Notes: a model not told the origin generated them from the sequence alone. 64,000 nucleotides of DNA from Candidatus Latescibacterota bacterium (GCA_965116875.1 OZ220733.1:608001-672000), one strand, 5' to 3'. Shown: positions 8,296-19,187, numbered from the stretch's first letter. A program made the numbers and translations.

Positions 8296-10998
8296 ATGTC
8301 TGATAAAGTCGTCCGGGTTCCATCCCGGGACGTCGACCCCGCCGAGACCCAGGACTGGATCGAGTCGCTCGACTACGCCCTGAAGAACTACGGGCCGGAC
8401 CGGGTGCGCTTCCTGTTCAAGAAAATCGAAGAGTGGGCCCATCGTGCCGACGTCGTCATCCCCTTCAGCGCCAATACACCCTATGTCAACACGATTCCCG
8501 TGGACCAGCAGCACCCGTACCCGGGCAACCGCGAAATCGAACGCCGTATCAAGAGCATCATCCGATGGAACGCCATGGCGATGGTCGTGCGTGCCAACCG
8601 GGAATCCGACGGGATCGGCGGCCATATTTCCACCTATGCATCGGCCGCCACGCTGCTCGAGGTGGGTTTCGACCACTTCTTTCACGGCAGGGGCAACGGC
8701 TTCCTGGGCGACCAGGTATATTTCCAGGGGCACGCCGCACCGGGTGTCTACGCCCGGGCGTTCCTCGAAGGCAGGGTCGACGAGCAAGCCCTGGAGAATT
8801 TCCGCAGGGATCTCCGGCGTCCGGGCGGCCTGTCTTCCTATCCGCATCCGTGGCTGATGCCCGACTTCTGGGAATACCCCACCGTATCGATGGGCCTGGC
8901 GCCCATTATGGGCATCTATCACGCGCGGTTCAATCGATATCTGGAGGATCGGGGTCTCAAAGACACGTCGGGGTCCCACGTGTGGGTCTTCATGGGCGAC
9001 GGTGAGACCGACGAACCCGAATCCCTTGGCGCAATCACGCTGGCGTCCAGGGAAAAGCTGGACAACCTCATTTTCGTGATCAACTGCAATCTCCAGCGGC
9101 TGGACGGCCCTGTACGCGGCAACGGCAAGGTGATCCAGGAACTGGAAGCCGCGTTCCGAGGCGCAGGCTGGAACGTCATCAAAGTCATCTGGGGAGACGA
9201 CTGGGACCCGTTGCTCGATCGTGACCGGGAAGGCATCCTGGCGCAGCGAATGAATGAAGTGGTCGACGGCCAATACCAGAAATATACCGTTGAATCGGGC
9301 GAATATATCCGCAGAGATTTCTTCGGCGCCCATCCCGGTCTGCTGGATATGGTCGACCACCTTTCGGACGAGCAATTGCAGAAAATGCGCCGCGGCGGTC
9401 ACGACCCGGAAAAAGTCTACGCCGCCTACAAATCGGCCGTGGAGCACCGGGGTTCGCCCACCGTCATCCTCGCGAAGACGATCAAGGGATACGGGGTCGG
9501 CGAATCCGGCGAGGGCCGGAACGTCTCTCACCAGCAGAAAAAGCTGAACGAGGACGAACTTCGGGAATTCCGGTCCCGCTTCGGTATCCCGATCTCCGAC
9601 GACGAGGTCGCCGCCGCCCCATTCTACCGGCCTCCTGATGACAGCCCCGAGATAAGATACATGAAACGACGCCGGGAAGAACTGGGTGGGTACCTGCCAT
9701 GCCGGCAGGTCAATACCGAACCTCTCTCCGTCCCCTCACTGGACATGTTCGACGAATTTCTGAAGGGCACGCAGGGTCGGCAGGCCTCGACGACGATGGC
9801 CTTCGTCCGCATGTTCTCAAAGCTCCTGCGCGACCCCGACGTCGGAAAGTTCATTGTACCCATCATTCCGGACGAAGCCCGTACGTTCGGCATGGAACCG
9901 CTTTTCCGACAGTGCGGAATCTACTCACGCGTCGGCCAGCTCTACGAACCGGTCGATGCCGACAGGCTGCTGTATTACCGGGAGGTCAGGGAAGGTCAGA
10001 TTCTGGAAGAAGGAATCAACGAAGCCGGTTCCATGTGCTCGTTCATCGCGGCCGGCACCGCGTATGCGACCTGCGGCGTGAACACCATCCCGTTTTTCAT
10101 CTACTACTCCATGTTCGGCTTTCAGCGCATCGGCGATCTGATCTGGGCCGCCGCGGACATGCGATGCAAGGGGTTCCTCCTGGGGGGCACTGCGGGCCGG
10201 ACAACGTTGAACGGAGAGGGCCTCCAACACCAGGACGGCCACAGCCACGTACTGGCCAACACCGTACCCAATCTGCTCACCTACGATCCTGCCTATGCTT
10301 ACGAAATCGCGGTCATCGTTCAGGACGGGATCCGGCGGATGTACGGACAGCAGGAGGACATCTTCTACTATCTGACGCTGGGAAACGAGCCCTACGACAT
10401 GCCGGCCATGCCGGAGGGCGCCGGGAAGGGCATCATCAGAGGCATATACAAACTCAAGGAGGCGTCGCTGGAAAGCGCCGCGTACCAGGTGCAACTGTTC
10501 GGCAGCGGCGCCATCCTGAGGGAGGCCATACGCGCCCGGAGCATTCTTGCAGAGAGATATGGCATCTCCGCGCAGGTCTGGAGCGTCACCAGCTACAAGG
10601 AACTTCGCAGAGACGCCCTCGAAACGGAACGCTGGAACCGACTGCACCCATCGGAACCGGCGCGCAAGCCTTACATTGCGAGGGTCCTCGAAGATGCACG
10701 GGGACCCGTCGTGGCTGCTTCGGACTATATGAAAATCCTGCCCGACATGATCCGGCCATGGATGCCGCTGGACCTGGTTTCTCTGGGGACCGACGGCTTC
10801 GGAAGAAGCGATACCAGGGAGGCACTCCGCCGGCACTTCGAAGTCGATGCCGAATCCATTGCCGTCGCCGCCCTCCACGCCCTCTCAAGCCAGGGCAAGA
10901 TCGGATCAGACAGGGTTGCACGGGCCATCGCGGACCTGGGCGTGGACCCCGAGAAAGCCAATCCCGTCGCGGCCGGACCCACGTTGAGTTACGGATAG
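8296..10998 (+). CDS. aceE: pyruvate dehydrogenase E1, homodimeric type
   Basis: GGHISTYAS, SSYPHP, PTVSMGLAP, GDGETDEPES, NCNLQRLDGPVRGNGK and GEGLQHQDGH; 900 aa. Confidence 0.97.
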   Translation: MSDKVVRVPSRDVDPAETQDWIESLDYALKNYGPDRVRFLFKKIEEWAHRADVVIPFSANTPYVNTIPVDQQHPYPGNREIERRIKSIIRWNAMAMVVRANRESDGIGGHISTYASAATLLEVGFDHFFHGRGNGFLGDQVYFQGHAAPGVYARAFLEGRVDEQALENFRRDLRRPGGLSSYPHPWLMPDFWEYPTVSMGLAPIMGIYHARFNRYLEDRGLKDTSGSHVWVFMGDGETDEPESLGAITLASREKLDNLIFVINCNLQRLDGPVRGNGKVIQELEAAFRGAGWNVIKVIWGDDWDPLLDRDREGILAQRMNEVVDGQYQKYTVESGEYIRRDFFGAHPGLLDMVDHLSDEQLQKMRRGGHDPEKVYAAYKSAVEHRGSPTVILAKTIKGYGVGESGEGRNVSHQQKKLNEDELREFRSRFGIPISDDEVAAAPFYRPPDDSPEIRYMKRRREELGGYLPCRQVNTEPLSVPSLDMFDEFLKGTQGRQASTTMAFVRMFSKLLRDPDVGKFIVPIIPDEARTFGMEPLFRQCGIYSRVGQLYEPVDADRLLYYREVREGQILEEGINEAGSMCSFIAAGTAYATCGVNTIPFFIYYSMFGFQRIGDLIWAAADMRCKGFLLGGTAGRTTLNGEGLQHQDGHSHVLANTVPNLLTYDPAYAYEIAVIVQDGIRRMYGQQEDIFYYLTLGNEPYDMPAMPEGAGKGIIRGIYKLKEASLESAAYQVQLFGSGAILREAIRARSILAERYGISAQVWSVTSYKELRRDALETERWNRLHPSEPARKPYIARVLEDARGPVVAASDYMKILPDMIRPWMPLDLVSLGTDGFGRSDTREALRRHFEVDAESIAVAALHALSSQGKIGSDRVARAIADLGVDPEKANPVAAGPTLSYG

Positions 10999-11089
10999 TC
11001 GTGTCAACTGCCGGATTCAGGCTTCCGTCAGGCGATCTATTTCCAGGAAAAGCTCCAGCGACGTTTGCGGCACCCGCAAAGGAGGAACC

Positions 11090-12382
11090 GTGGCGGAGGA
11101 AATCAGACTTCCGGACCTTGGCGAAGGCATCGATCAGGGAGACGTGGTGCGCATCCTGGTCTCGGAAGGAGATTCAATCGCGGTCGATCAGCCCGTCATC
11201 GAATTGGAAACCGACAAGGCGCTGGTTGAAGTCCCATCGTCAAAAGCCGGAACCGTCGCATCGGTCAACGTCAGGAGCGGTGAGAGCATTTCGCCGGGCG
11301 CCGTGCTGATCACCGTCAGCTCGGCGCAGGCCGGGGACCGGCGGGAAGCCGCGCGGGAATCGCACGCGCCGGACAAGAATGTCGATCCCCCTCCGGCGGA
11401 CCCGCCGGTGGAACCGCAGGCGCCGCGGGCCGGGGTGAACGCGGAAGTGGACGAAGGGACGCCTGCCGCCGCGAAGACCTCACGCGACGCCGTGGCCGCC
11501 GCCCCATCCGTTCGACGATTCGCGCGTGAGCTCGGCGTCGATCTGCACCAGGTTCCGGGCAGCGGCGCGGGCGGACGGATCACCCGCGACGATGTGAAAG
11601 GTTACGTACAGTCTTCCCTGAACGAAACGGCGCAGGCGGGGCCCGTCGTCGCGCCGGACCTGCCGGACTTCACCCGATGGGGCCGTGTTGAGCGACAACC
11701 CCTGCCCGGGGTGCGCAGGACCATTGCGCAGAACGTGGGCACGGCCTGGGCGCAGGTACCCCACGTCACGCAATTCGACCGGGCAGACGTGACGGACCTG
11801 GAGACCTTCAGGCAGCGACACAAGGCCGGCACAGAAGCCCGGGGCGGCAAACTGACGCCCACGTCATTTGTACTGAAAGCCGTTGTCAACGCGCTGAAGG
11901 CCTTCCCGCAGTTCAACACCAGCCTGGATTTGGCCGCAGGCCAACTCGTACTCAAGCACTACTATCACATCGGCGTGGCCGTTGACACCGAACGAGGCCT
12001 TCTCGTGCCGGTGATCCGCGACGTCGACCGGCGGGACATCTTCGAACTGGCCGTTCAACTCGACGACCTCGCCCGCCGCACGCGGGAAGGAAGGGCCGAC
12101 CTCGAAGAGCTTCAGGGCGGCACATTTACCGTCACCAACCTGGGAAGCATCGGCGGAACTTCCTTCACTCCCATCGTCAACTTCCCCGAAGTCGCCATAC
12201 TCGGCATGGGACGGTCCCGGCAGGAACCTGTCGTGAGCAACGGCCGCATCGAGGCCCGTCTGATCATGCCCATCTGCCTGTCTTACGACCATCGCGTCGT
12301 GGACGGCGCCGACGGCGCGCGATTCACAAGACACCTGGTTGAGTCCCTGGAAAATCCGGAGCGCATGCTCCTCGGGGGTTGA
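11090..12382 (+). CDS. aceF: dihydrolipoamide acetyltransferase E2 (single lipoyl domain)
   Basis: ETDKALVEVPS lipoyl motif, PSVRRFARELGVDL E3-binding domain, SYDHRVVDG catalytic motif. AAGGAGG RBS before the GTG start. Confidence 0.95.
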   Translation: MAEEIRLPDLGEGIDQGDVVRILVSEGDSIAVDQPVIELETDKALVEVPSSKAGTVASVNVRSGESISPGAVLITVSSAQAGDRREAARESHAPDKNVDPPPADPPVEPQAPRAGVNAEVDEGTPAAAKTSRDAVAAAPSVRRFARELGVDLHQVPGSGAGGRITRDDVKGYVQSSLNETAQAGPVVAPDLPDFTRWGRVERQPLPGVRRTIAQNVGTAWAQVPHVTQFDRADVTDLETFRQRHKAGTEARGGKLTPTSFVLKAVVNALKAFPQFNTSLDLAAGQLVLKHYYHIGVAVDTERGLLVPVIRDVDRRDIFELAVQLDDLARRTREGRADLEELQGGTFTVTNLGSIGGTSFTPIVNFPEVAILGMGRSRQEPVVSNGRIEARLIMPICLSYDHRVVDGADGARFTRHLVESLENPERMLLGG

Positions 12383-12446
12383 ACCCAAACCCGGCGACTC
12401 CACGGCCCGCGTCACGGCCGGCCGTGTGCCCTCGTCCGGAGCGACT

Positions 12447-13865
12447 ATGCCGAAAGGCGCTCACAAGACCGACCTTCTCGTCATCGGCGGCGGGCCCGGC
12501 GGCTACGCCGCCGCGTTCAGATCGGCGGACCTCGGTATCCCGGTAACGCTGGTGGAAGCCGGCGACCGTCTCGGAGGAACATGCCTGCTCCGCGGCTGCA
12601 TCCCGTCGAAGGCCCTGCTGCACGTCGCCGGCCTGATTTCGGATTCCCGTGAAGCGGCAGCCTGCGGATTGACGTTTTCGGAACCGGAAATCGATCTCGA
12701 AAAAATGCGCGGCTGGAAAGACGGGATTCTCGCGAAGCTCTCGCAGGGCCTGGACGCATTGTGCCGGCGCCGCCGCGTGCGGCGGGTCCGCGGCCGGGCA
12801 GCATTCGAGTCCTCCCAGCGCATCCGGGTCTCGGGAGGTGACGACGTGTCCCAGATTGACTTCGTGCACGCCATTGTCGCCACGGGGTCCCGGCCGGCGG
12901 TACCCCCTGTTTTCGACGTCGAGAGTCCGAAGATTCTGGATTCGGACAGAGCGCTCGAACTGGAGAACGTCCCGGATCGCCTGCTTGCCGTAGGCGGAGG
13001 GATCGTAGGCCTGGAACTGAGTACCGTCTACGCCCGGCTGGGAAGCCGGGTGACACTGGTTGAGATCACCGGCGGCCTCCTTCCCGGTGTGGACCCGGAC
13101 CTGGTCAAACCCCTGCAAAAGTACCTTGAAGGCGTTTTCGACGGCATCCATGTCAACACCGCCGTCGGCTCTCTGGAGGAAGGCGAAGACGGGATTACCG
13201 TGAGTTTCGAGGGGGACCTCCAGGCGGGCGCGCAGGCCTTCGACAACATCCTGCTCTCGGCCGGCCGGGTTCCGAACACCCGGGACCTGGGACTGGAAAA
13301 CACGCGGGTGGGGCTCACGGATGCCGGCTTCATCGTCGTAGACGGTCACATGCGTACGGCCGACACCCGCATCTTCGCCCTTGGAGACGTGGTGGATGGC
13401 CCCGGGCTCGCCCACAAGGCCGCCCACCAGGGGAAAGTCGCCGCCGAAGTGATCGCCGGACAACCGGCGGCCTTTGACAGCATCGTGCCCTCCGTGGTCT
13501 ACACGGATCCCGAGATCGCGTGGTGCGGCCTCACGGAGACCGACGCACGGGCGCAGGACCGCCCCGTGAAAACCGCGCGATTTCCCTGGGCCGCCTCGGG
13601 CCGGGCCGCAACGCTCGGCCGAACCGAGGGGCTTACGAAACTGGTTTTCGACCCGGAGACCAGCCGAATTCTGGGTGCGGGGATCGTTGGCCCCAACGCC
13701 GGGGAACTCATCGCCGAAGCCGTCCTCGGCATTGAAATGGGCGCTGTCGCCGAAGACCTGGCGCACACGATCCACCCCCATCCTTCCCTCTCCGAGTCCC
13801 TGGGCATCGCGGCGGAGATGTACCTGGGGACCGCTACCGACCTCTACATTCCCAAAAAGAGATAG
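12447..13865 (+). CDS. lpdA: dihydrolipoyl dehydrogenase E3
   Basis: GGGPGGY, GGTCLLRGCIPSK and HPHPSLSE. Confidence 0.95.
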   Translation: MPKGAHKTDLLVIGGGPGGYAAAFRSADLGIPVTLVEAGDRLGGTCLLRGCIPSKALLHVAGLISDSREAAACGLTFSEPEIDLEKMRGWKDGILAKLSQGLDALCRRRRVRRVRGRAAFESSQRIRVSGGDDVSQIDFVHAIVATGSRPAVPPVFDVESPKILDSDRALELENVPDRLLAVGGGIVGLELSTVYARLGSRVTLVEITGGLLPGVDPDLVKPLQKYLEGVFDGIHVNTAVGSLEEGEDGITVSFEGDLQAGAQAFDNILLSAGRVPNTRDLGLENTRVGLTDAGFIVVDGHMRTADTRIFALGDVVDGPGLAHKAAHQGKVAAEVIAGQPAAFDSIVPSVVYTDPEIAWCGLTETDARAQDRPVKTARFPWAASGRAATLGRTEGLTKLVFDPETSRILGAGIVGPNAGELIAEAVLGIEMGAVAEDLAHTIHPHPSLSESLGIAAEMYLGTATDLYIPKKR

Positions 13866-13960
13866 CCCGACGAACGCGGTTGCGTGAAATCGCCCCGTCC
13901 GCGGTTGAACCGGATCCGGATTCAGCTTTCCACGAATTCATCGCAACTCCTGTCGGAATA

Positions 13961-16900
13961 TCACTTCAACAGCACCATTTTGCGTACAGCGCTGAACTTG
14001 CCGCCATCCACCTCCAGGCGGCTGCAGTAGACGCCGCTGGACACTTCCCTGCCCGCGTCGTCCCTCCCGTCCCAGGTCACCTGGTAGTATCCGGCCTGCC
14101 GTTCTCCCTTTACCAGCACGCGGATCCGTTGTCCGAGCAAATTGAAGACAACCAGCGAGACGTCGCCGGGACCGGGCAACTGGTAAGCGATCTGGCACTC
14201 GCTGTTGAACGGGTTCGGGAAATTTGGATGCAGGGCATACTCCCCGGGTTCGGCGGGTGCGTCGTTCAGAAAGCGGCCGCCGATCTTCCATCCCGTCACC
14301 TCACCCGTATCGGACCCGATCACCGCGCCATCTCCAATTCTCAGGATGCGGGTGGGCTTCCCCGAAACTTTTCCAAGGCCCCGAACCTCACCGGATCCGT
14401 CCAACACCACGATGCTGCCGTCCTCGCAGCCCGTCACCACCCACGACGCGTCATTGGCGCGCACGAACGCCAGCACCGTGGGCGGGCTGTGAAGCCGGCG
14501 GGTCCACACCCGATCGCACCGCGCATCCAGTGCGACCACGAGCCCCGTTGACGTCGCCGCCAGGATTTCCTTCTTCCCGTCTCCGTCCAGGTCCCCGATA
14601 TCCAAGTCGCGCATATTCTGAGCAGGAATCCGATTCCCGGGACCGAAGTTCGCGTTGTACAGGGCTGCGCCGTTTTCGTTCCAAACCGTCACCCGGTTCC
14701 ACGTGCCGTTGATCTCGCTGATCACCTCTCTCGTACCGTCAGCATCCAGATCTTCGTAGAAGATGTGTTTCCGGCTCATCGAGGCCCATCCGCCAATATA
14801 CGTGTGACCCGCCGGAACCCCGGCGAAGCGTCCCCGGGTCACCTGCGACGATCGGCTGTTCACCACTGAAAGCGCGTGCGAATCCGTGGGCTGTCTTGCG
14901 ACCAGGAGATCCGTGCCGCCTCGGGGGCTCTCGATCAGTGCGAACCGGGTTCCGGGCCCCCAGAACACCGGCAGCCTCTCTTCGAGCTCTCCCCTGTCGT
15001 TCAGGATTTCCAGCGTGCACGCGCTACCCACGAATGCCTGGCTCTTCCCGTTTCGGAAGATTCCCGTGTGCAGCCCGTGGATCCCCTCGTGGCCCGGCGC
15101 CGACTTGAACCAGTAGGTCTTCCCGGCCCGGAAGACCGCCGGGTGCATTTCGGACACGAACGTCCAGCGGCGCCTTCCTTCCAGGTCGAACGCGATTACC
15201 TGTTCGTCCCTGCACCCCACAAGCAACAACTGGAAGGCATCCCACCAGGCCATCACCCTGATTGGGGCGTCCGTGCGGAAAAACCGGCCCTCCCCGCCAT
15301 CCCGCGTCAGCAGATGAACCCCTCTTTCCGTCGCGACTCCGATCCACGTCTCGCCTTCGGACGCGAAGGAAATCATATCCGTCACGGCGGCGCCGGTCCT
15401 CGTCCTCAGAAACAGAGGCGCGGGCGGACCTTCCGGCGTTGGCGGCGTATTGGGAGTCATTGAATCCATGCGCCGCTCCATCCGGGCCTGCGACAACATC
15501 CCGCTGAGCCTGTCGACCGTGTCGGAGAGCAGATCCGGATTCGGGATCGCGGCAGTCAGGACATGCCGACCCTCCGGCACATCGAACACGACGCCGCTAT
15601 CGGAGTCTGCAAGGACCGGGAGCGGAACGCCGTCCAACATGACGTCAGCCGGTTCAGCGAACGCCGCGCGGACGCGTGTCTCCTCCGACGCGGTGAACAC
15701 CGCAGAACCCGAATGAAAGTCCCAGTCCAGATCGACCGGCCCGTCCGCACTGAACAGACTCCCCTCCAATCCTGCGGTTTTCAAGTCCTTCCCGAAGAGG
15801 TGATCGCCGGCCAGCAGGACGACGTCGCCCTGAATGCCGCCGTACGCTCCGTCGACGGCAATGGCCGGCGCCGGAAGACCGAGCACCGCCGCCCGCGTTC
15901 CGATCCGCAGACAGGAGACAGGGGCTCCATCCGCACCGGCCGCGGCAATCAGCGAAAAGAACGCGCGTTCCTCGCCGGACGATACCGCGCCCGTCCAGGC
16001 CAGCGTTGCGGTTCTCCCGTTCAGATTGATCTCGACGGGATCGGAGGCCCGGATTCCAAAACGCGTGCCGCCGGACTTCAGGTGCGACTCGCCGCCAGCA
16101 GAAACAGAACCCCATCGGCCCGGCGCCGTCCATTCCGTTCTGACTTCGAGATTCGCGCTCTCCACCCGGAACGTCAGCCGGTCCACAAACAGCGCATACC
16201 TGCCTTCGCGCTGCACCAGGGCGCGGCGCCAGTTGCAGAACGACGCATTGGGAACCTCCGCGACGGCGACGGCCGTCCGGCCCACCACGTCCCGATAGCG
16301 CAGCGCCGCGTCCATCGGGCTGCGCGGCTCCACCAGCCCGTCGGCACCCGTCAGTACCTGATTCCCGTAACCCTGGAGTACTGTTTCTCCGTCGAGGCGG
16401 AGCTCCAGAACCGCAAACGAGTGGTACGGATTCCGGGACGCTCCGTTCAGCCCGTCGATCAGAATGAAATCGCCCGTCGCGTCGGCGGCGCTTCGAAAAC
16501 TCCCGAATTGAAACGAGTCCGAAAGCGGCAGGCCGCTCGCGCGCCGTTTCCACAGCGGCTCCGGCAGCTCGAGGACGCTCCACCCCTGGACAAGATCGGT
16601 CGGCTGGACGGGAGCCATGCCGGACTCCGGCCAGAAGGACTGACCCAGCCGGAACCTGTCCAGGCTCACCCCTGTCCGGCGCGCGTATTCCAGATATCTC
16701 CCGTCACCTGTCAGATACGCGGCTTTGTGAAGGTATCCGATGGAGGCGTAGCGCAGGGCCCAGTCGGGTTCGCGACCGGAAATCAGCATCTCCTGCCCCC
16801 GCAGCAATGTTTTCAGGACACCGTTCTCCAGCGCCGCGCGGTCCCCCGAGACGAGCATGTACGTGAGAATCGGTGCGATGCCGGTACTGTACCAATACAG

Positions 16901-18079
16901 GTTGTCGGATTCGCCCATCACCCACGTGTGGTGGCGCAATGAAGAGAATTGCCATTCAGCCGCCCAGATGCAGTGCTGCCACAGCGGGTGCGGGTAGTCC
17001 TTCTGGAAGTACCGGCCGAGGCAATAGAGCGCAATGGCGGCCCACTGGTGGTGCCGCGTTCCGACGCCTGCTGGCGGCGTGTTATAGGCTTCTCTGCCCA
17101 TGTCCAGGTTTCGTACGATCATGGCGGTCCGGCTCTGACCGTAGGGATCGTGCGAAAACTGCTTCGCAAACGCGTTGGTGATCCGCAGCCGCTGTTCGTT
17201 CGTGAAGACCGGGCTTTCCTCGATCAGGTCCCAGTAGAGAACCAGCATATGCGCCGTGTAATGGTACGGACCGCTGAGGGGCTCATCCTTGTTCTCGATC
17301 CGTTCACCGTCAATCTCGGCGATCTGGGCCTTCGCCGCGTCGTCCGGAAACGCCAGCCGGAGAAACTCCCGAGCATGGCGTTCCCGGCCGGTCATATAGT
17401 ACATTGCCATGTGTTTGCTGATGCTGTTCCACCCGAAATACCCCACGGACCGGTAACCCGCCGAAGCCTCCCAGGTTTCGAATTCCTGGAGTTCCTCCGG
17501 TACCTCCAGGCTCTTTCCGAGGCGGATTTCCATCATCCAGCCAACCGTCAGGCCTGCGCCATTGCCGGCGCCTTCGCCAACCTTGCGAACAAAGACGTCT
17601 GCCGCCTGACCCACCCCGGCGGCATCGCTCCCTCCGATGGCAATCACGTTTCGGCCGTCTCCGAAGGGACTGTGAAGCGAACGCACGACGTACCCGCCCG
17701 GACCGGGGTATTTCAGGTCCAGCAGCGTGTAATATCGATCATACAGCATGGAAATGGCGCGGTTCGTGGACCTGTTGCCCAGCACGATCAGATTCTTTGC
17801 AACCGGCGCCGACCCGGCAGGTGAATCGTCCCGCGCCACCGGGACCTCCACCCCGGTCCGTTCGAGAATGGTCCGCTGGATACGCTCCGCTTCGGCGTCG
17901 TAGATTCCGTCAGCGGGAACCACGATCGTGGCGAGCGCACGGCCGTTCTCCACCAGTACGGTGTTCAGGTGCAGATCCTTGAGGCTGTCATACACCGGCG
18001 GGATCGACGCGGGGTTCGCCTGAAGGAAGGGTGTCGAAGGTGAAAGGAGAAAGAGGAGAGCAATCACGCGCGGTATCAT
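13961..18079 (-). CDS. large secreted multidomain protein (putative polysaccharide lyase/heparinase-like core, PQQ/FG-GAP-like propeller, C-terminal FlgD-Ig/T9SS-A-like sorting domain)
   Basis: Signal peptide MIPRVIALLFLLSPSTPFLQA; DLDADG and DLDGDGKKEI repeats; C-terminal NFPNPFN...VFNLLGQRIRVL...WDGRDDAGREVSSGVY...RKMVLLK. The catalytic assignment is inference only. Confidence 0.7.
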   Translation of the reverse strand: MIPRVIALLFLLSPSTPFLQANPASIPPVYDSLKDLHLNTVLVENGRALATIVVPADGIYDAEAERIQRTILERTGVEVPVARDDSPAGSAPVAKNLIVLGNRSTNRAISMLYDRYYTLLDLKYPGPGGYVVRSLHSPFGDGRNVIAIGGSDAAGVGQAADVFVRKVGEGAGNGAGLTVGWMMEIRLGKSLEVPEELQEFETWEASAGYRSVGYFGWNSISKHMAMYYMTGRERHAREFLRLAFPDDAAKAQIAEIDGERIENKDEPLSGPYHYTAHMLVLYWDLIEESPVFTNEQRLRITNAFAKQFSHDPYGQSRTAMIVRNLDMGREAYNTPPAGVGTRHHQWAAIALYCLGRYFQKDYPHPLWQHCIWAAEWQFSSLRHHTWVMGESDNLYWYSTGIAPILTYMLVSGDRAALENGVLKTLLRGQEMLISGREPDWALRYASIGYLHKAAYLTGDGRYLEYARRTGVSLDRFRLGQSFWPESGMAPVQPTDLVQGWSVLELPEPLWKRRASGLPLSDSFQFGSFRSAADATGDFILIDGLNGASRNPYHSFAVLELRLDGETVLQGYGNQVLTGADGLVEPRSPMDAALRYRDVVGRTAVAVAEVPNASFCNWRRALVQREGRYALFVDRLTFRVESANLEVRTEWTAPGRWGSVSAGGESHLKSGGTRFGIRASDPVEINLNGRTATLAWTGAVSSGEERAFFSLIAAAGADGAPVSCLRIGTRAAVLGLPAPAIAVDGAYGGIQGDVVLLAGDHLFGKDLKTAGLEGSLFSADGPVDLDWDFHSGSAVFTASEETRVRAAFAEPADVMLDGVPLPVLADSDSGVVFDVPEGRHVLTAAIPNPDLLSDTVDRLSGMLSQARMERRMDSMTPNTPPTPEGPPAPLFLRTRTGAAVTDMISFASEGETWIGVATERGVHLLTRDGGEGRFFRTDAPIRVMAWWDAFQLLLVGCRDEQVIAFDLEGRRRWTFVSEMHPAVFRAGKTYWFKSAPGHEGIHGLHTGIFRNGKSQAFVGSACTLEILNDRGELEERLPVFWGPGTRFALIESPRGGTDLLVARQPTDSHALSVVNSRSSQVTRGRFAGVPAGHTYIGGWASMSRKHIFYEDLDADGTREVISEINGTWNRVTVWNENGAALYNANFGPGNRIPAQNMRDLDIGDLDGDGKKEILAATSTGLVVALDARCDRVWTRRLHSPPTVLAFVRANDASWVVTGCEDGSIVVLDGSGEVRGLGKVSGKPTRILRIGDGAVIGSDTGEVTGWKIGGRFLNDAPAEPGEYALHPNFPNPFNSECQIAYQLPGPGDVSLVVFNLLGQRIRVLVKGERQAGYYQVTWDGRDDAGREVSSGVYCSRLEVDGGKFSAVRKMVLLK

Positions 18080-18323
18080 TTCCACGATCCTTTCTCGTGC
18101 CCGGAAACGCCGGCCGGCGCGCGGGCCGTAGATGGGGCGGGAAAGCACTGATATACGAAAATATACCGTGTTTGGCGTTGAATGTGAAGATGTAGCCGTT
18201 CAGAAGTCGCTTCCAAAAGTCGCACGAGTGCCGCGGTGCGGCAGGAACGTGGTCCCCCGGTGCCTTGCGGGGCCGGCTTCATTCGGCTATCTTTTGACAA
18301 GAACGCCCCTGGAAGGAGGGAAC

Positions 18324-19187
18324 ATGGAGTATCGTTTGTTCGGCAGGACGGGCATCCGGGTCAGCGAGGTCAGCCTGGGCGGCGCGTACATCGGAGGAGC
18401 GGATCCCGAACGCGAGCGGGAAAACGCGGCCGAAATCGTCCGTCGTGCGGTCGAACTGGGAATCAACTACATCGACACCGCGCCCCTTTACGGCAGGAGC
18501 GAAGCGCTGTTCGGCTATGCACTCGAAGCCGCGAAAGCGCGCATGCACGTCGCCACAAAAGTCGGATTCGACCCCAAAGACTTCGACTATCGGCGCGACA
18601 GCGTATTGCGAAGCCTCGAACGAAGCCTGAAGCGGCTACGCATTCCGAAACTGTTCTCGGCGCAGATCCATCAGGTGAGCGAAGCCGGCTGGGAACGCAT
18701 CAGGGAACGGGGCGGGACCCTGGAGGGCCTGCGGGAGGCGCAGAAGCGCGGCCTGTGCGACCATATCGGCATTACGGACAGGGCCATCCCCCTGCTGGCC
18801 AGACTCGCCGCTACGGGTGAGTTCGACTCCCTGCTCGTCTTTCACGATTACCACCCCTGCTCGCGGAAGGCCGCCGAAGCGGTCATACCGGCGGCAGCCG
18901 CAAGCGGGATGGGCATTGTGGTTGCCACAGTGCTCGCCGGAGGGCTGTTCTCCGACGAACCACGGCGAAAGGCCGCCCTTGAAAGCCTGCAGGATCCCGG
19001 CGAGCGCGCCAACGCGGAGGCGATTATCGGACGCCTTCGGGATGAACCGGGGACCGTGCCAGGGAATGCGTTCCGGTACGTCCTTGCCGACGCGAGGGTC
19101 AGCACGGTTTCGAGCGGCGCGGCCAACGCGGCCGAATTGGACGACGTGGCGCGCGCTTCGGAGATGGGTCCGCTTCGATGGCGTTGA
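18324..19187 (+). CDS. aldo/keto reductase
   Basis: MEYRLFGRTGIRVSEVSLG, NYIDTAPLYG, VATKVG and QIH. GGAGG RBS. Confidence 0.92.
   Translation: MEYRLFGRTGIRVSEVSLGGAYIGGADPERERENAAEIVRRAVELGINYIDTAPLYGRSEALFGYALEAAKARMHVATKVGFDPKDFDYRRDSVLRSLERSLKRLRIPKLFSAQIHQVSEAGWERIRERGGTLEGLREAQKRGLCDHIGITDRAIPLLARLAATGEFDSLLVFHDYHPCSRKAAEAVIPAAAASGMGIVVATVLAGGLFSDEPRRKAALESLQDPGERANAEAIIGRLRDEPGTVPGNAFRYVLADARVSTVSSGAANAAELDDVARASEMGPLRWR

Noticed and set aside
18190-18305. Possible further degenerate MITE upstream of the aldo/keto reductase (GAAGTCGCTTCCAAAAG ... CTTTTGACAA)
   Set aside because: The terminal match is too weak and no second copy was seen.
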